Of a stretch of DNA of 64,000 nucleotides, positions 20,018 through 29,305 are shown piece after piece (within the stretch, counting starts at the first letter, position 1; the number at the start of each line of letters is the position of its first letter). The stretch is taken from contig CAYHPW010000006.1 of the NCBI GenBank assembly GCA_964358645.1, positions 3,059 to 67,058 of the forward strand, written 5' to 3'. A program made the position numbers and the translations under genes. The notes under the pieces were generated by a model that ran no database searches, was not told where the DNA came from, and saw nothing but the letters and a program-made list of their open reading frames with translations. The DNA comes from an uncultured Bacteriovoracaceae bacterium. GTDB lineage: Bacteria; Bdellovibrionota; UBA1018.

Positions 20018-20669
20018 TATATCCCACAAGCTTGCGGATGCCTTCAAAAATCTCGTTCAAGGGGGCCCCATCGTACATATAAGCTGGTGTAGAAGCTATG
20101 TTGTTCTTTCTGTCGAAATGAGCTTCGTTGACTTTGCAGACAATATGTTTGTGACCAAGCTTTTCAATTTCAGCTGAGGCTTCACTTTTGGCGCCGACGG
20201 TCAGTTCGAATGATTTCCCTTTGAAAGCTAAGGCCAGTATGGCCGGGGCTATGCATATAGCGCCCAAGGGTTTGCCTTGTTTATGCATGGTGATCAAAAT
20301 ATCAGCCAAATCTTTACGTACACTGCCTCCGGAGCCTTTATAGGCAAAGGTACAGAGATTTTTTGCGGCACCGAACCCGCCTGGAATTATTAAGCCATCA
20401 TATTCTGATGGCTTCATTTGTGACAGTGGAAGGACGTTCCCTCTAGCTATTCTTGCCGACTCCACCAGCATGTTCCGTCTCTCAGCAGCAACCGGTTGTC
20501 CTATTAAACAATTTACGACATCAGCTTGCATATCGTCGGCTGCAAAGCATTGAATGCTAGAAATTTTTCCTGAATATTGACTTAGTGCCCATAGAACGCC
20601 TACGGATTCATGAATTTCACTCCCATCCTTGTATCCGCAGCCACATAAAATGACTCCTATTTTTTTCAT
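20010..20669 (-). CDS. elbB: DJ-1/PfpI-family protein ElbB-like (glutamine amidotransferase-like class 1)
   Basis: MKKIGVILCGCGYKDGSEIHESV is characteristic of ElbB. A GGAGG site precedes the ATG at 20669. Confidence 0.8.
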   Translation of the reverse strand: MKKIGVILCGCGYKDGSEIHESVGVLWALSQYSGKISSIQCFAADDMQADVVNCLIGQPVAAERRNMLVESARIARGNVLPLSQMKPSEYDGLIIPGGFGAAKNLCTFAYKGSGGSVRKDLADILITMHKQGKPLGAICIAPAILALAFKGKSFELTVGAKSEASAEIEKLGHKHIVCKVNEAHFDRKNNIASTPAYMYDGAPLNEIFEGIRKLVGYII

Positions 20670-20722
20670 GTAATTTTCCTCCAACGTAGAGTCTTTTATC
20701 ACTTTCTGATATTCCTCTCTAT

Positions 20723-21217
20723 ATGGAAAATCATGGGATAAACCGTATTCCTGGAGTTAATACTGTACTGGTGGTTTTATCGGCCACGGGATTAGTATAT
20801 GACATTGAGGCATTAAGGCATGTAATACTTCTTGCCTATCCAGGAACGGTGGTTTTTTTTAAATCTACAAATGGTAAACCAATAGGCGTTTTGCCTGTTG
20901 GCAAGATTGACTTGTTAATAGACTTTACAGGACCTGGACAAAGGCAGTGCTCTCGTTTAGTTCGGAAATTTAGAAGGACTGCCAAGATGGCGGTGGGACG
21001 TAGTGTTGGAAGGGTCAGAGCCAAGAGATATGACAGGGTTTTTAATGAAATATCCATGGCCTTTAATTTCCCGGATATGCTGTTGCGAGAAAGCATGGTG
21101 CAGCGTGAAGTGCTGGCTCTTGCGGGGATCCCATTGGTGCCATGTGGTGATACGCCCATGGATAGGTCAAAGAGCATAGCCCGTGAATTACCACCGTTAT
21201 GCGGGCTTTCGGGTTAG
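20723..21217 (+). CDS. Hypothetical protein
   Basis: 164-aa ORF divergent from elbB. No recognisable motif and no clear ribosome-binding site. Confidence 0.35.
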   Translation: MENHGINRIPGVNTVLVVLSATGLVYDIEALRHVILLAYPGTVVFFKSTNGKPIGVLPVGKIDLLIDFTGPGQRQCSRLVRKFRRTAKMAVGRSVGRVRAKRYDRVFNEISMAFNFPDMLLRESMVQREVLALAGIPLVPCGDTPMDRSKSIARELPPLCGLSG

Positions 21218-22455
21218 TTTGGAGCGACTTTTTTAATACCGCGATTCGGTGAAGTTGTAATGATATCACCCCGCTGTAGTGAAAGTATTGAAGTACTGGG
21301 TTTGTGGAGCAGTTTTTTTTTGCCGAATTTGCTACAGACATAAAATTCCATTCCTCGGCTGGTTTTATGGACTGGGCTGACAAGTCTTTCCACCGGTACG
21401 TTATTATGGTTGGGGAAGGCATTTGGAATTAGTTCTTCAATGCTGGCATTGCTTTTCACCATTACGAGATAACTGAAAGCTAGTGATTTTCGATCTAGGC
21501 CGGCCATGCGGTCAATCAATTTGAAATATGGAGGTCTCATCCAAGAAACCTCTTCATGGCACCAGTCATCCGTTGAGGCTAGTGCGCCGCAGTTTTGATG
21601 ACCCAGGCAAGGCAGGATTATCTTTAGCCAGTTGATACCTCTATGTTTTGCGAGAGAAAGCAAGGCGCTTCGCAGCTCCAGGAGTGCTCTTGACTGGTGG
21701 CGTAAGGCCGGCTCGACGATAATGAATACGGATTCATGTTCAAAATTTTTCTCGAATGTTTTTAAAATGGATTTAGCAATGTCATGCTGTGAGGTTTTCA
21801 TCTCATTCAGGAAATAGCTCATGACTAACAGGTTAAAACCCTTGGCTGATGGCGGTAAAAAACCCTCTTTTATATCGATTTGCCGATGAAAACTGCGGAT
21901 AGGTATTTTTTTGCATCCCAAAACTGAAAAATAATATCTGGCCCATGCTTCTCCTATTTTAAGCATAGGTTTGTCTCTATCTATAAGAGCCCACGTCCCA
22001 TTTGGCGGCATGTTGATCCCCGAAAAACATTCTCCGGCCATTACACCACAAGCTCCCGAGGCGGGTCCGGCGCCAATTTCTATTCCATTTAGCGTGTTCC
22101 TGCCTTTCCATGTAAAACCAAGCCGGGATAGCTCGCTCCATACACTTGCAATCCTGAACAAGTTGGAAGGCATGAAATAAAGAAAATATGCGAGCCTTAG
22201 ATTAGCAGGATTGGAACAGGAGGCCCAGTAAGGGGACAGGTCTGCGGTTTGTATGTCTTCTTTACGGTTAAAAAGGGATGATAAATGTTTTACATGTGGA
22301 ACAATTGAACGAGAGAGAAATCTGGTTGAAGTAATATCTTCTAATTTATTAATCAAGCCTTGCTGCTTGGTAAATTCAGCAATGAAGTTTTGAAAAGAGT
22401 CCGCGAAGGCATTCGTGATTTTATCTGAGACCAGCATTTGGTTATAAAAAATCAA
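21214..22455 (-). CDS. Class I SAM-dependent methyltransferase, Rsm22-like
   Basis: SAM-binding motif IEIGAGPASGA. Overall architecture resembles the Rsm22 family. Confidence 0.6.
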   Translation of the reverse strand: MIFYNQMLVSDKITNAFADSFQNFIAEFTKQQGLINKLEDITSTRFLSRSIVPHVKHLSSLFNRKEDIQTADLSPYWASCSNPANLRLAYFLYFMPSNLFRIASVWSELSRLGFTWKGRNTLNGIEIGAGPASGACGVMAGECFSGINMPPNGTWALIDRDKPMLKIGEAWARYYFSVLGCKKIPIRSFHRQIDIKEGFLPPSAKGFNLLVMSYFLNEMKTSQHDIAKSILKTFEKNFEHESVFIIVEPALRHQSRALLELRSALLSLAKHRGINWLKIILPCLGHQNCGALASTDDWCHEEVSWMRPPYFKLIDRMAGLDRKSLAFSYLVMVKSNASIEELIPNAFPNHNNVPVERLVSPVHKTSRGMEFYVCSKFGKKKLLHKPSTSILSLQRGDIITTSPNRGIKKVAPN

Positions 22456-22492
22456 ACTGGGTGGTCTTTGTCCAGTGGGTACGTTACGCTAA

Positions 22493-24466
22493 TTGGGCAT
22501 GGTACCAATTGGAAAAAGTCGCAATGCTTTGGTGCTTGGTCCGCTCGAAGCGGGTCTATCAATAGCCGAGCGTTTGGAAATGATTGGACTTAGCGCAGAT
22601 ATTCAGCCCAATTGTGGCGGCTATAGCGCCCGTTCACCTAACGGTGATACCGGTAGTTTTTCAACTTTAAAGTCTTTGCTGTCTGAATTTGTCCGTTCGG
22701 TTAAGCATAACAACCATGGTCATGCGCCATATCTTCACCCGGGGGTAAGTCACTGGGCCGAACGGCCTGAACTTGTTACGCTTGGGCAAGAGCTTGGGTT
22801 AAGCGTGGTATGCCCCTCTACAAGGGTGTTAAGCTTGTTTGGCAATAAGCTTAATCTTTTAGGTGAAGCGGAAAAAAGAAAAATTCCTACACTGACCATA
22901 AGCCTTGATCCATTTTCCAGTATAAGTGAATTACGGCGTTTTGTGGCAAAAGAACTAAAGAAATTTCCATTTGTCATAAGATCCGCTCATGGAAATGGTA
23001 GCTTTGGCATTAGGACTGTTTATGATGAAGATGATTTGGAGCGGTTCCTGCCATTATGGATAGAACAACTTCGTATCCATGACGGTGAAGTTATCCTCTT
23101 CGCCGAGAGATATTTAGATGGCGCGCGGCATATTACGGTACCGTTTATCCGTTTCATGCGTGGAGATGCGAAAATCTTTCCAACTGTTGATTCCTCTCTT
23201 CAACACCGACACCGCAAGTTGATAGAAAGTTGTCCAGCCCAAACAGCGCTTATTTACCCAGTCGAACAAAAACTCAAGGATTGGACCATAATACTTGCTG
23301 AGCAGTGCCGTTTTATAGGGGCCGGTGCTTTTGAGTTTCTCGTTGATGGAGTGAATGCTTATCTTGTTGATGGTGTCCCAAGGCTTACAACCAGTTTTGT
23401 TCTTTGGGAGAAAGTAGCTGGCATAAATGCGGTCGAGTGGCAGATTGCTGCAATTGAAGGCAGACCGCCTCCTTCGGATGAACACCATGATTTAGAAGAA
23501 AGAAAACTTCATGGCGTGGCAGCTAGGCTTTTTACTGAGGATGCCATACTTCAGGTACCTCAGCCTGGCTTTGTGCATGAGGTTTCGGTACCTCAGGAAC
23601 AAACGCATGATGATGGGGCTTGGTCTAAAGTAATCGTGAGTCTTAAGGCTGGCACAATGATTTCCCCCGAAAGCAATGGACTTGTCGGCATTGTATACGG
23701 GTTTGCCAGCGAGACGGGGCGGGCTTTTTCGCTTTGTGAGGACTTAATAAAAAAGATATGGGTCTCAGGATCACTTCAGACGAATGAGCGTTTTTTAATG
23801 GAGATTTTAAACCATCCATGGGTGAGGCAAGGATTTTTTCATTATAACTTTATCGATGGAGAATTTGTTCCATTGGTTTACCCGGATACTGAATTGGTTA
23901 GTATTGCTGTACGCCTTTGCTCTATGGCTTATTCATATGGCAGCTTGGAGGATCCGCCTAAATGCCATTGGATTATCGGAGGACGAAAATTAAAGCCGAC
24001 CAATGTGGAAATTAAGTGGTCTGATGGCCCCGCGGAGATACCAGGCAAGGGAATAGCTGGCGTCATAGAAAAGCCGGGTGGCACGCTTAGGGTATGTGCC
24101 TTCCCTTTGACTTTATCGCCTTATAGTATGGAATGGCAGGTCAGAATAGGTGTATGGGCGATGAGGCTTAAGATGTCAGCGATGTCTTCGGAAAAAAGCA
24201 CAAATAAAAAGCATCGTTTGTTTATTCGTTCACTGGTTTCCGGCAAGGTACACTCTATTTTTTTTAAAGAGAATGCGGTTGTGCGAGCCCATGATCCATT
24301 GCTGGTGGTTGAGTCGCTTGGAATTTTAGTACCACATAGTTCTCCAAAAGATGTCCGTGTTTTAGAATGGATGGTAAGAGCGGAAGATTTGATTGATAGA
24401 GGCAAAGAAGCTGTGCGAGTTGAATTTATAAATAATGAAAATGGAGATGCTAATAATGTCACCTAG
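22493..24466 (+). CDS. Biotin carboxylase-like ATP-grasp protein with C-terminal biotinyl-like domain (degenerate, possible pseudoenzyme)
   Basis: Segments conserved with biotin carboxylase (SSLQHRHRKLIESCPAQ; GAGAFEFLVD). The Gly-rich loop is degenerate (HGNGSFGI), the catalytic E/N positions are altered, and the C-terminal lipoyl/biotinyl-like fold lacks the AMKM lysine. Confidence 0.55.
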   Translation: MGMVPIGKSRNALVLGPLEAGLSIAERLEMIGLSADIQPNCGGYSARSPNGDTGSFSTLKSLLSEFVRSVKHNNHGHAPYLHPGVSHWAERPELVTLGQELGLSVVCPSTRVLSLFGNKLNLLGEAEKRKIPTLTISLDPFSSISELRRFVAKELKKFPFVIRSAHGNGSFGIRTVYDEDDLERFLPLWIEQLRIHDGEVILFAERYLDGARHITVPFIRFMRGDAKIFPTVDSSLQHRHRKLIESCPAQTALIYPVEQKLKDWTIILAEQCRFIGAGAFEFLVDGVNAYLVDGVPRLTTSFVLWEKVAGINAVEWQIAAIEGRPPPSDEHHDLEERKLHGVAARLFTEDAILQVPQPGFVHEVSVPQEQTHDDGAWSKVIVSLKAGTMISPESNGLVGIVYGFASETGRAFSLCEDLIKKIWVSGSLQTNERFLMEILNHPWVRQGFFHYNFIDGEFVPLVYPDTELVSIAVRLCSMAYSYGSLEDPPKCHWIIGGRKLKPTNVEIKWSDGPAEIPGKGIAGVIEKPGGTLRVCAFPLTLSPYSMEWQVRIGVWAMRLKMSAMSSEKSTNKKHRLFIRSLVSGKVHSIFFKENAVVRAHDPLLVVESLGILVPHSSPKDVRVLEWMVRAEDLIDRGKEAVRVEFINNENGDANNVT

Positions 24467-24755
24467 CTATTCACGCATTGTGCAAATACCGGCCAAAAAT
24501 GCCATGGAACTGTATGAAGCTGTTTCCCGTGATATCGAAAATTTTATTAATAAGATATCGGTAGGTCACGTTGAAATATCAAAGGACCCCAGCAAGAAAG
24601 AAGTCCAGCTTAGTTCGTCGCTGTTTTCTGCGGTTTTGTCGTGTCAGGAAGCCCAAATCAACATTGATTGCAGACTCAGCTTGTTTGCCGCCCCCTTTAG
24701 GCGAAAAATTGATGAGGGGATAGATAAGTGGCTAAGAAGGACATTCAACATCTGA
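24435..24755 (+). CDS. Hypothetical small protein
   Basis: 106-aa ORF ending 3 nt before the inferred murJ start. No domain recognised. Confidence 0.4.
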   Translation: MKMEMLIMSPSYSRIVQIPAKNAMELYEAVSRDIENFINKISVGHVEISKDPSKKEVQLSSSLFSAVLSCQEAQINIDCRLSLFAAPFRRKIDEGIDKWLRRTFNI

Positions 24756-24757
24756 GC

Positions 24758-26419
24758 ATGGTCAGCGCTGATACCAAAGTCATTAAAGCAGCTAGTACGA
24801 TGGGCTTTGCTACATTTTTGAGCCGCATCCTTGGATTGGTGCGTGAGCAGGTTTTTGCAGTCATGTTTGGTGCCGGCAACTTCATGGATGCATTTAATGT
24901 CGCTTTTCGGATACCGAATCTTTTAAGGGATCTTTTTGCTGAAGGAGCTATGAGCGCCTCTCTTGTTCCGACGTTTATTCGTGCTAGGACTGAGGGCGGA
25001 GAGAAGCGCGCCTGGCGTGTTGCCGGCCTTGTGTTTAGGGTGCTGGCAGTGTCCGTTAGCGTGCTTACATTGGTCGGACTCATATTTGCTCCGGAGCTGG
25101 TGTCGTTATACGCTTCAGCATTCAAGAGTATTCCAGGCAAATTTGAGCTTACCGTGCGCATGACTCGCACGATGTTTCCATTTTTCCCCCTGGTTGCGCT
25201 TGCAGCGGCATTTATGGGGGTATTGAATGCTTGCGGTATTTTTTTCATGCCCGCCCTGTCTTCAGCGCTTTTCAATATCACTTCAATCATAGTGGGCGTG
25301 GCATGTGCAGTTTTTTTCTCTGGATATGGAGCTAAGTTTGGACTGCATCCGATAGAAGGAATGGCTATTGGTGTTTTAACCGGTGGCTTGATGCAGGCAG
25401 TTTGCCAGCTTCCGTCGCTATACAAGACGGGGTATAAGTGGGTTGCGCAAAGCCGGGAAGAGTATCTACCGTGGTATAAAGAACCTTATCTAAGGCAGAT
25501 ATTATTGCTGATGGTACCAGGCACGATTGGTCTTGCAGCCACACAAGTAAATATCTTGATAAATACGATTTTGGCGACATCACAAGGGACGGGTGCGGTT
25601 TCATGGCTCAATTATGCATTCAGGCTTATGCAATTCCCGATAGGTGTTTTTGGGGTATCGCTAGCTATTGCAACTCTTCCCACTTTTTCCCAGCAATTGG
25701 TGAGTCGGGATATGCAATCTGCTAGTGAAACCTTATCTAGAAGCCTGCGTCATGTATTTGCAATCAACTTGCCTGCATCAGCCGGACTTGCGTTTCTTGG
25801 CATCCCGATTATTAAAGTGATTTTCCAGTACGGAAGATTTCAGGTTGAAGATACACACGCCACAGCCCTGGCTTTAACTATGTATGCTATTGGATTGACG
25901 GCATATTCCGCAGTTAAAATCCTTGTTCCGGCTTGTTATGCATTTGGAAATACCCGGGTTCCGGTGGTTTCAAGTGTGTTAGCGGTATTAGTAACCATTT
26001 GTCTAAATCTTCTGTTGATAGGGCCATTCGGTTATTGGGGATTGGCTTTAGGTACCTCGGTTGCAGCAGTAGTTAATGCAGTGTATTTGATTCGCGCGAT
26101 TCAGTTAATGTTTGGCAAGTACGATGTCGATTTCCCTGTTATGCCTATTATTAAAGCGTTTGGGAGTCATCTCGTGATAGCAGTTTTAATGGGTGCGGCT
26201 TGTCTGGGTACAAATGAAATTCTTGAGATTTTGCTTCCGGATACATTTTTAGGCACTTGGCTGCCTTTCGTGAGAGCTATGAAAATGAGCATTTTACTGC
26301 TTGAGGGTATATTTATAGTCTTTATCCTTGCTAAAATGTTGAATCTTTCCGAAACATCAGAAATTTTTAGTCTTTTTTTTGAAAAATTTAAAAAGAAGCT
26401 GAGAGTAAAGGCGATTTGA
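24758..26419 (+). CDS. murJ: Lipid II flippase MurJ (MviN)
   Basis: N-terminus MVSADTKVIKAASTMGFATFLSRILGLVREQVFAVMFGAG...FNVAFRIPNLLRDLFAEGA and about 14 TM segments. Confidence 0.9.
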   Translation: MVSADTKVIKAASTMGFATFLSRILGLVREQVFAVMFGAGNFMDAFNVAFRIPNLLRDLFAEGAMSASLVPTFIRARTEGGEKRAWRVAGLVFRVLAVSVSVLTLVGLIFAPELVSLYASAFKSIPGKFELTVRMTRTMFPFFPLVALAAAFMGVLNACGIFFMPALSSALFNITSIIVGVACAVFFSGYGAKFGLHPIEGMAIGVLTGGLMQAVCQLPSLYKTGYKWVAQSREEYLPWYKEPYLRQILLLMVPGTIGLAATQVNILINTILATSQGTGAVSWLNYAFRLMQFPIGVFGVSLAIATLPTFSQQLVSRDMQSASETLSRSLRHVFAINLPASAGLAFLGIPIIKVIFQYGRFQVEDTHATALALTMYAIGLTAYSAVKILVPACYAFGNTRVPVVSSVLAVLVTICLNLLLIGPFGYWGLALGTSVAAVVNAVYLIRAIQLMFGKYDVDFPVMPIIKAFGSHLVIAVLMGAACLGTNEILEILLPDTFLGTWLPFVRAMKMSILLLEGIFIVFILAKMLNLSETSEIFSLFFEKFKKKLRVKAI

Positions 26420-26452
26420 GCTAATGTCATTATTAGAAATCAGGAGGTTGCT

Positions 26453-26899
26453 ATGACTACACGAAGGGATACTGTGGCTCTGTTGTGCAAAAGCATAGTC
26501 AATCGCTTGGAGAACCGTAAATCCATCAGTTTTCCACCACGATTAAGGCAGATAATCAATGAGGAGATCCTTGGATTGATCGGGCCTTTCATACTAACTA
26601 ACCAGGATTTGCGGGAAAGAACACTTGCCAGGATAGGGGCGAGGGCGGAATTCCTTCAAGATAAGCAATTTACGGAAAGTGAACAGTATAAGGCAGCTAG
26701 AGCAGTTATACGTGCCACATTCGGCGATGATGAATTAAACGGTCTTTATTTCCAAAAGCCACTGAAGTCAATTGCCGCCATTATTGTAGAGTATTTTATG
26801 CGTTCGTCCCATATTGATGACGTTTATGAAACCGATGAGGATCTCGAATTACAGATAGTGGAAGTCATCAAGAATTTTGACGAATCAAAACTTCACTAA
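26453..26899 (+). CDS. Hypothetical protein
   Basis: 148-aa ORF with good coding appearance. No recognisable motif. Confidence 0.45.
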   Translation: MTTRRDTVALLCKSIVNRLENRKSISFPPRLRQIINEEILGLIGPFILTNQDLRERTLARIGARAEFLQDKQFTESEQYKAARAVIRATFGDDELNGLYFQKPLKSIAAIIVEYFMRSSHIDDVYETDEDLELQIVEVIKNFDESKLH

Positions 26900-26913
26900 A
26901 AAATATACCGTTG

Positions 26914-28608
26914 TTATAATCCCACTTCATAAAATGCTTTAGATACTTTGGTGCATGTGTCGCTATCAAACAGGTTTTTGCATGCGCTCATGGTCGCTGA
27001 AGCCGCTGTTTTGAAATCAGCATTAGCGTTGAGATATTGTGTGAGTACGACATAGTACAGTTTTTCAGTACGTGGTCTGCCGATGGCTTCATGCACCAGG
27101 TATGACGCATGACTAGGAATGGTGGAGTTCACATGAACCCAGCAGTTATCGTTAGAGCGGTTACACATATCATCTTCAGGTAACTTTTCACGCATTGCCG
27201 CCGGATACGGAGTGCTTATGAGGTTACCATCGCTATCAGGTATTTTTGTCCTAATGCTGCCAGGATTGGCTAGGTCACGAATGCCTTTGCGCGGAGTTTG
27301 CTTTAAAAATACGTTACGCCCAACTATCCAGTTATTGTCATCGGCAATCATCTTGCCGAAGAAATCGGAATATGCCTCGTTAAGAGCACCGGACTCGCTC
27401 ATATATAAAAGCTTTGCGGTTTGCGAGGTGACTCCATGGGTCATCTCGTGGCCTGCTACATCCATGGCGTTAGTAAAGTCTCCGAAGATTTCGCCATCCC
27501 CGTCACCATATGCCATGATGTTTTTGTCAGTGCTCCAAAAGGCGTTTGAGAATTTGCGTCCTATGTGAACGATGCTGACCAGTGTTGATCCGTTTCCATC
27601 ATAGCTGTTACGGTTATGTTTGGTGCGGAAATAATCAATGACACGTTTGGAATTGCTCGTAGCCTGTCTGGTGCTTGAATCAGCTTCTCTGATATATCGG
27701 TTGCGCGAAAATACCTTGTTGCATGAGGTATGATTTACTAGGAGAGGCGCGCCGGACTTTTGGTCAAGTACCTGGCACTTGTTTCTTAGTTGTTCTATTT
27801 CTTCCTTCGTCACGGTTGATGGATCGATTTCAACAGCTTGATCTTTGGCTGAATGAATATCAATCTGTGAAACCCGTGTATGGCGGATCGGATTGATTGT
27901 AAGAATATGTGAAATATCCGCAAGGACTAACCCTGTATGCGCATCGATTATTATGTCGTGCCCACCGTCGGAAGCATTTTCCATTAGGTCAATCCAATAA
28001 ACCAATTTCGCACTGTTGGCGCCAGGTCGTGGCAGGATCTTTAATTCAGGTCTTTGCCGGGCTGATCTATCGCCAACAATTCCTCTGGCGAGGTTCATGG
28101 CTGTTTCTGCATTTAATGATGGTTCGGTGTTTAATTCAAATTTGTGGATAATATTGCGGATTTCAACTTCTTTTTTCCCTTTATGATGAAAGGACATGGA
28201 TCCCACCACTTCAATTCCGCGAAAGTAGTGCTGGAACTTTGTTGTTTTAATTTGAGAGTCCTCATCAGTAACCCGCTGCGTAATACTTAGAGCGTGTGCT
28301 CCGTTATCAATGCTTAATAAAAACTTTATTGAGGGATCTTCGCTTACCGTGGTGTAGGCATCGCTCAGCTCTTGAATTGGGTTATCTTCTATCTGAGGTT
28401 TTGGAAATATAGAAAATGAGTCACTTGCCGGTGAGGAAGTTTGGGCAAACGCATATTTAAGAGTTGCTAGTTGTACCAAACAAAATTGGCTAATGATGAT
28501 GGTGTATAAAGAGATGATGCAAAAGAGATTGGTTTTTTTGCCTTCGTATAGTTTTTTCAATTTCACGGTGTCCCCCCCCCTTGAGTTAAACCGTAAGAGG
28601 GAAAACAT
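26914..28608 (-). CDS. Secreted M4 (thermolysin-family) zinc metalloprotease
   Basis: HEXXH zinc site (VAGHEMTHGVT) and a downstream GALNEAYSDFFG glutamate motif. Signal peptide ending AFAQ. The true start may be a GTG/TTG a few codons in (MKLKKLYEG...). A G9 tract sits at codons 11-13 of the maximal ORF. Confidence 0.85.
   Translation of the reverse strand: MFSLLRFNSRGGDTVKLKKLYEGKKTNLFCIISLYTIIISQFCLVQLATLKYAFAQTSSPASDSFSIFPKPQIEDNPIQELSDAYTTVSEDPSIKFLLSIDNGAHALSITQRVTDEDSQIKTTKFQHYFRGIEVVGSMSFHHKGKKEVEIRNIIHKFELNTEPSLNAETAMNLARGIVGDRSARQRPELKILPRPGANSAKLVYWIDLMENASDGGHDIIIDAHTGLVLADISHILTINPIRHTRVSQIDIHSAKDQAVEIDPSTVTKEEIEQLRNKCQVLDQKSGAPLLVNHTSCNKVFSRNRYIREADSSTRQATSNSKRVIDYFRTKHNRNSYDGNGSTLVSIVHIGRKFSNAFWSTDKNIMAYGDGDGEIFGDFTNAMDVAGHEMTHGVTSQTAKLLYMSESGALNEAYSDFFGKMIADDNNWIVGRNVFLKQTPRKGIRDLANPGSIRTKIPDSDGNLISTPYPAAMREKLPEDDMCNRSNDNCWVHVNSTIPSHASYLVHEAIGRPRTEKLYYVVLTQYLNANADFKTAASATMSACKNLFDSDTCTKVSKAFYEVGL
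28572..28580 (-). repeat. Homopolymeric G9 (C9 on + strand) tract at 5' end / ribosome-binding-site region of the M4 protease gene
   Basis: Seen directly as tccccccccc at 28571-28580. Confidence 0.9.
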
Positions 28609-28753
28609 ACTAGCAAGTCCCAGACCAAGATGGCATTGCTAAAAAAAGCAGACAAATCGAGTAGATAACTACTATATTTTTAATGAGGTCAAAATTACTA
28701 AGTGATTACGCTTAATATCAAATAAATTTTATATATATTACTGCATAGCGTTT

Positions 28754-28778
28754 AAGTTTTTTACACTGTAAAAAACTT
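28754..28778. promoter_or_regulatory. Perfect 12-bp inverted repeat AAGTTTTTTACA-c-TGTAAAAAACTT in the divergent AT-rich intergenic region
   Basis: Seen directly. It lies between the divergently oriented M4 protease gene and ORF 28897. It is a candidate operator. Confidence 0.5.
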
Positions 28779-28896
28779 AGTGATGTTTTAATTACAATGG
28801 AAATCCGTGTTCACTTAAGGTTTTGTTTTTAAGCCATAAAAAAAATTTTTTAATTAACTTTTTTGGTTACCGTGTTGCAGCAATTACTCGTGCCGC

Positions 28897-29196
28897 ATGT
28901 CGTCACGTTATTTTATCGTGTTTGTTTACTCATTCTTGATAGGTGTTCTAGCCTGGTGGTCAAACACTGTTGATTCTTCAGCTAGGAATCGTTCTTTGTA
29001 TAATTCAGAGCTTAAGAATTCCAATTTGCTTCAGAGTCTTTTTAAAGAGTCGCCTTTTGTGTCGTTTAGCCCCCCCGGTGAAATAAGAGCCGAAGGGCAT
29101 GGGCAAAGGCTTATGAATGCCAATCCAAAGGATATTACCGATAGAAAATTAGGAAGCGCTGAACGTGATTTGGAAATAGAACCCCTTGAAAAATAA
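28897..29196 (+). CDS. Hypothetical small membrane/secreted protein
   Basis: 99-aa ORF with an N-terminal hydrophobic segment. Weak support. Confidence 0.25.
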   Translation: MSSRYFIVFVYSFLIGVLAWWSNTVDSSARNRSLYNSELKNSNLLQSLFKESPFVSFSPPGEIRAEGHGQRLMNANPKDITDRKLGSAERDLEIEPLEK

Positions 29197-29305
29197 CTTT
29201 GTGGCTCAGATTTGAATTATTTGGATTGATAACATAAACTTTGATTTTAGCAGGGTCATATCGCTATAGATGTATCTTGCTAATTGAAGGGAAGGGCCAT
29301 CAAGG

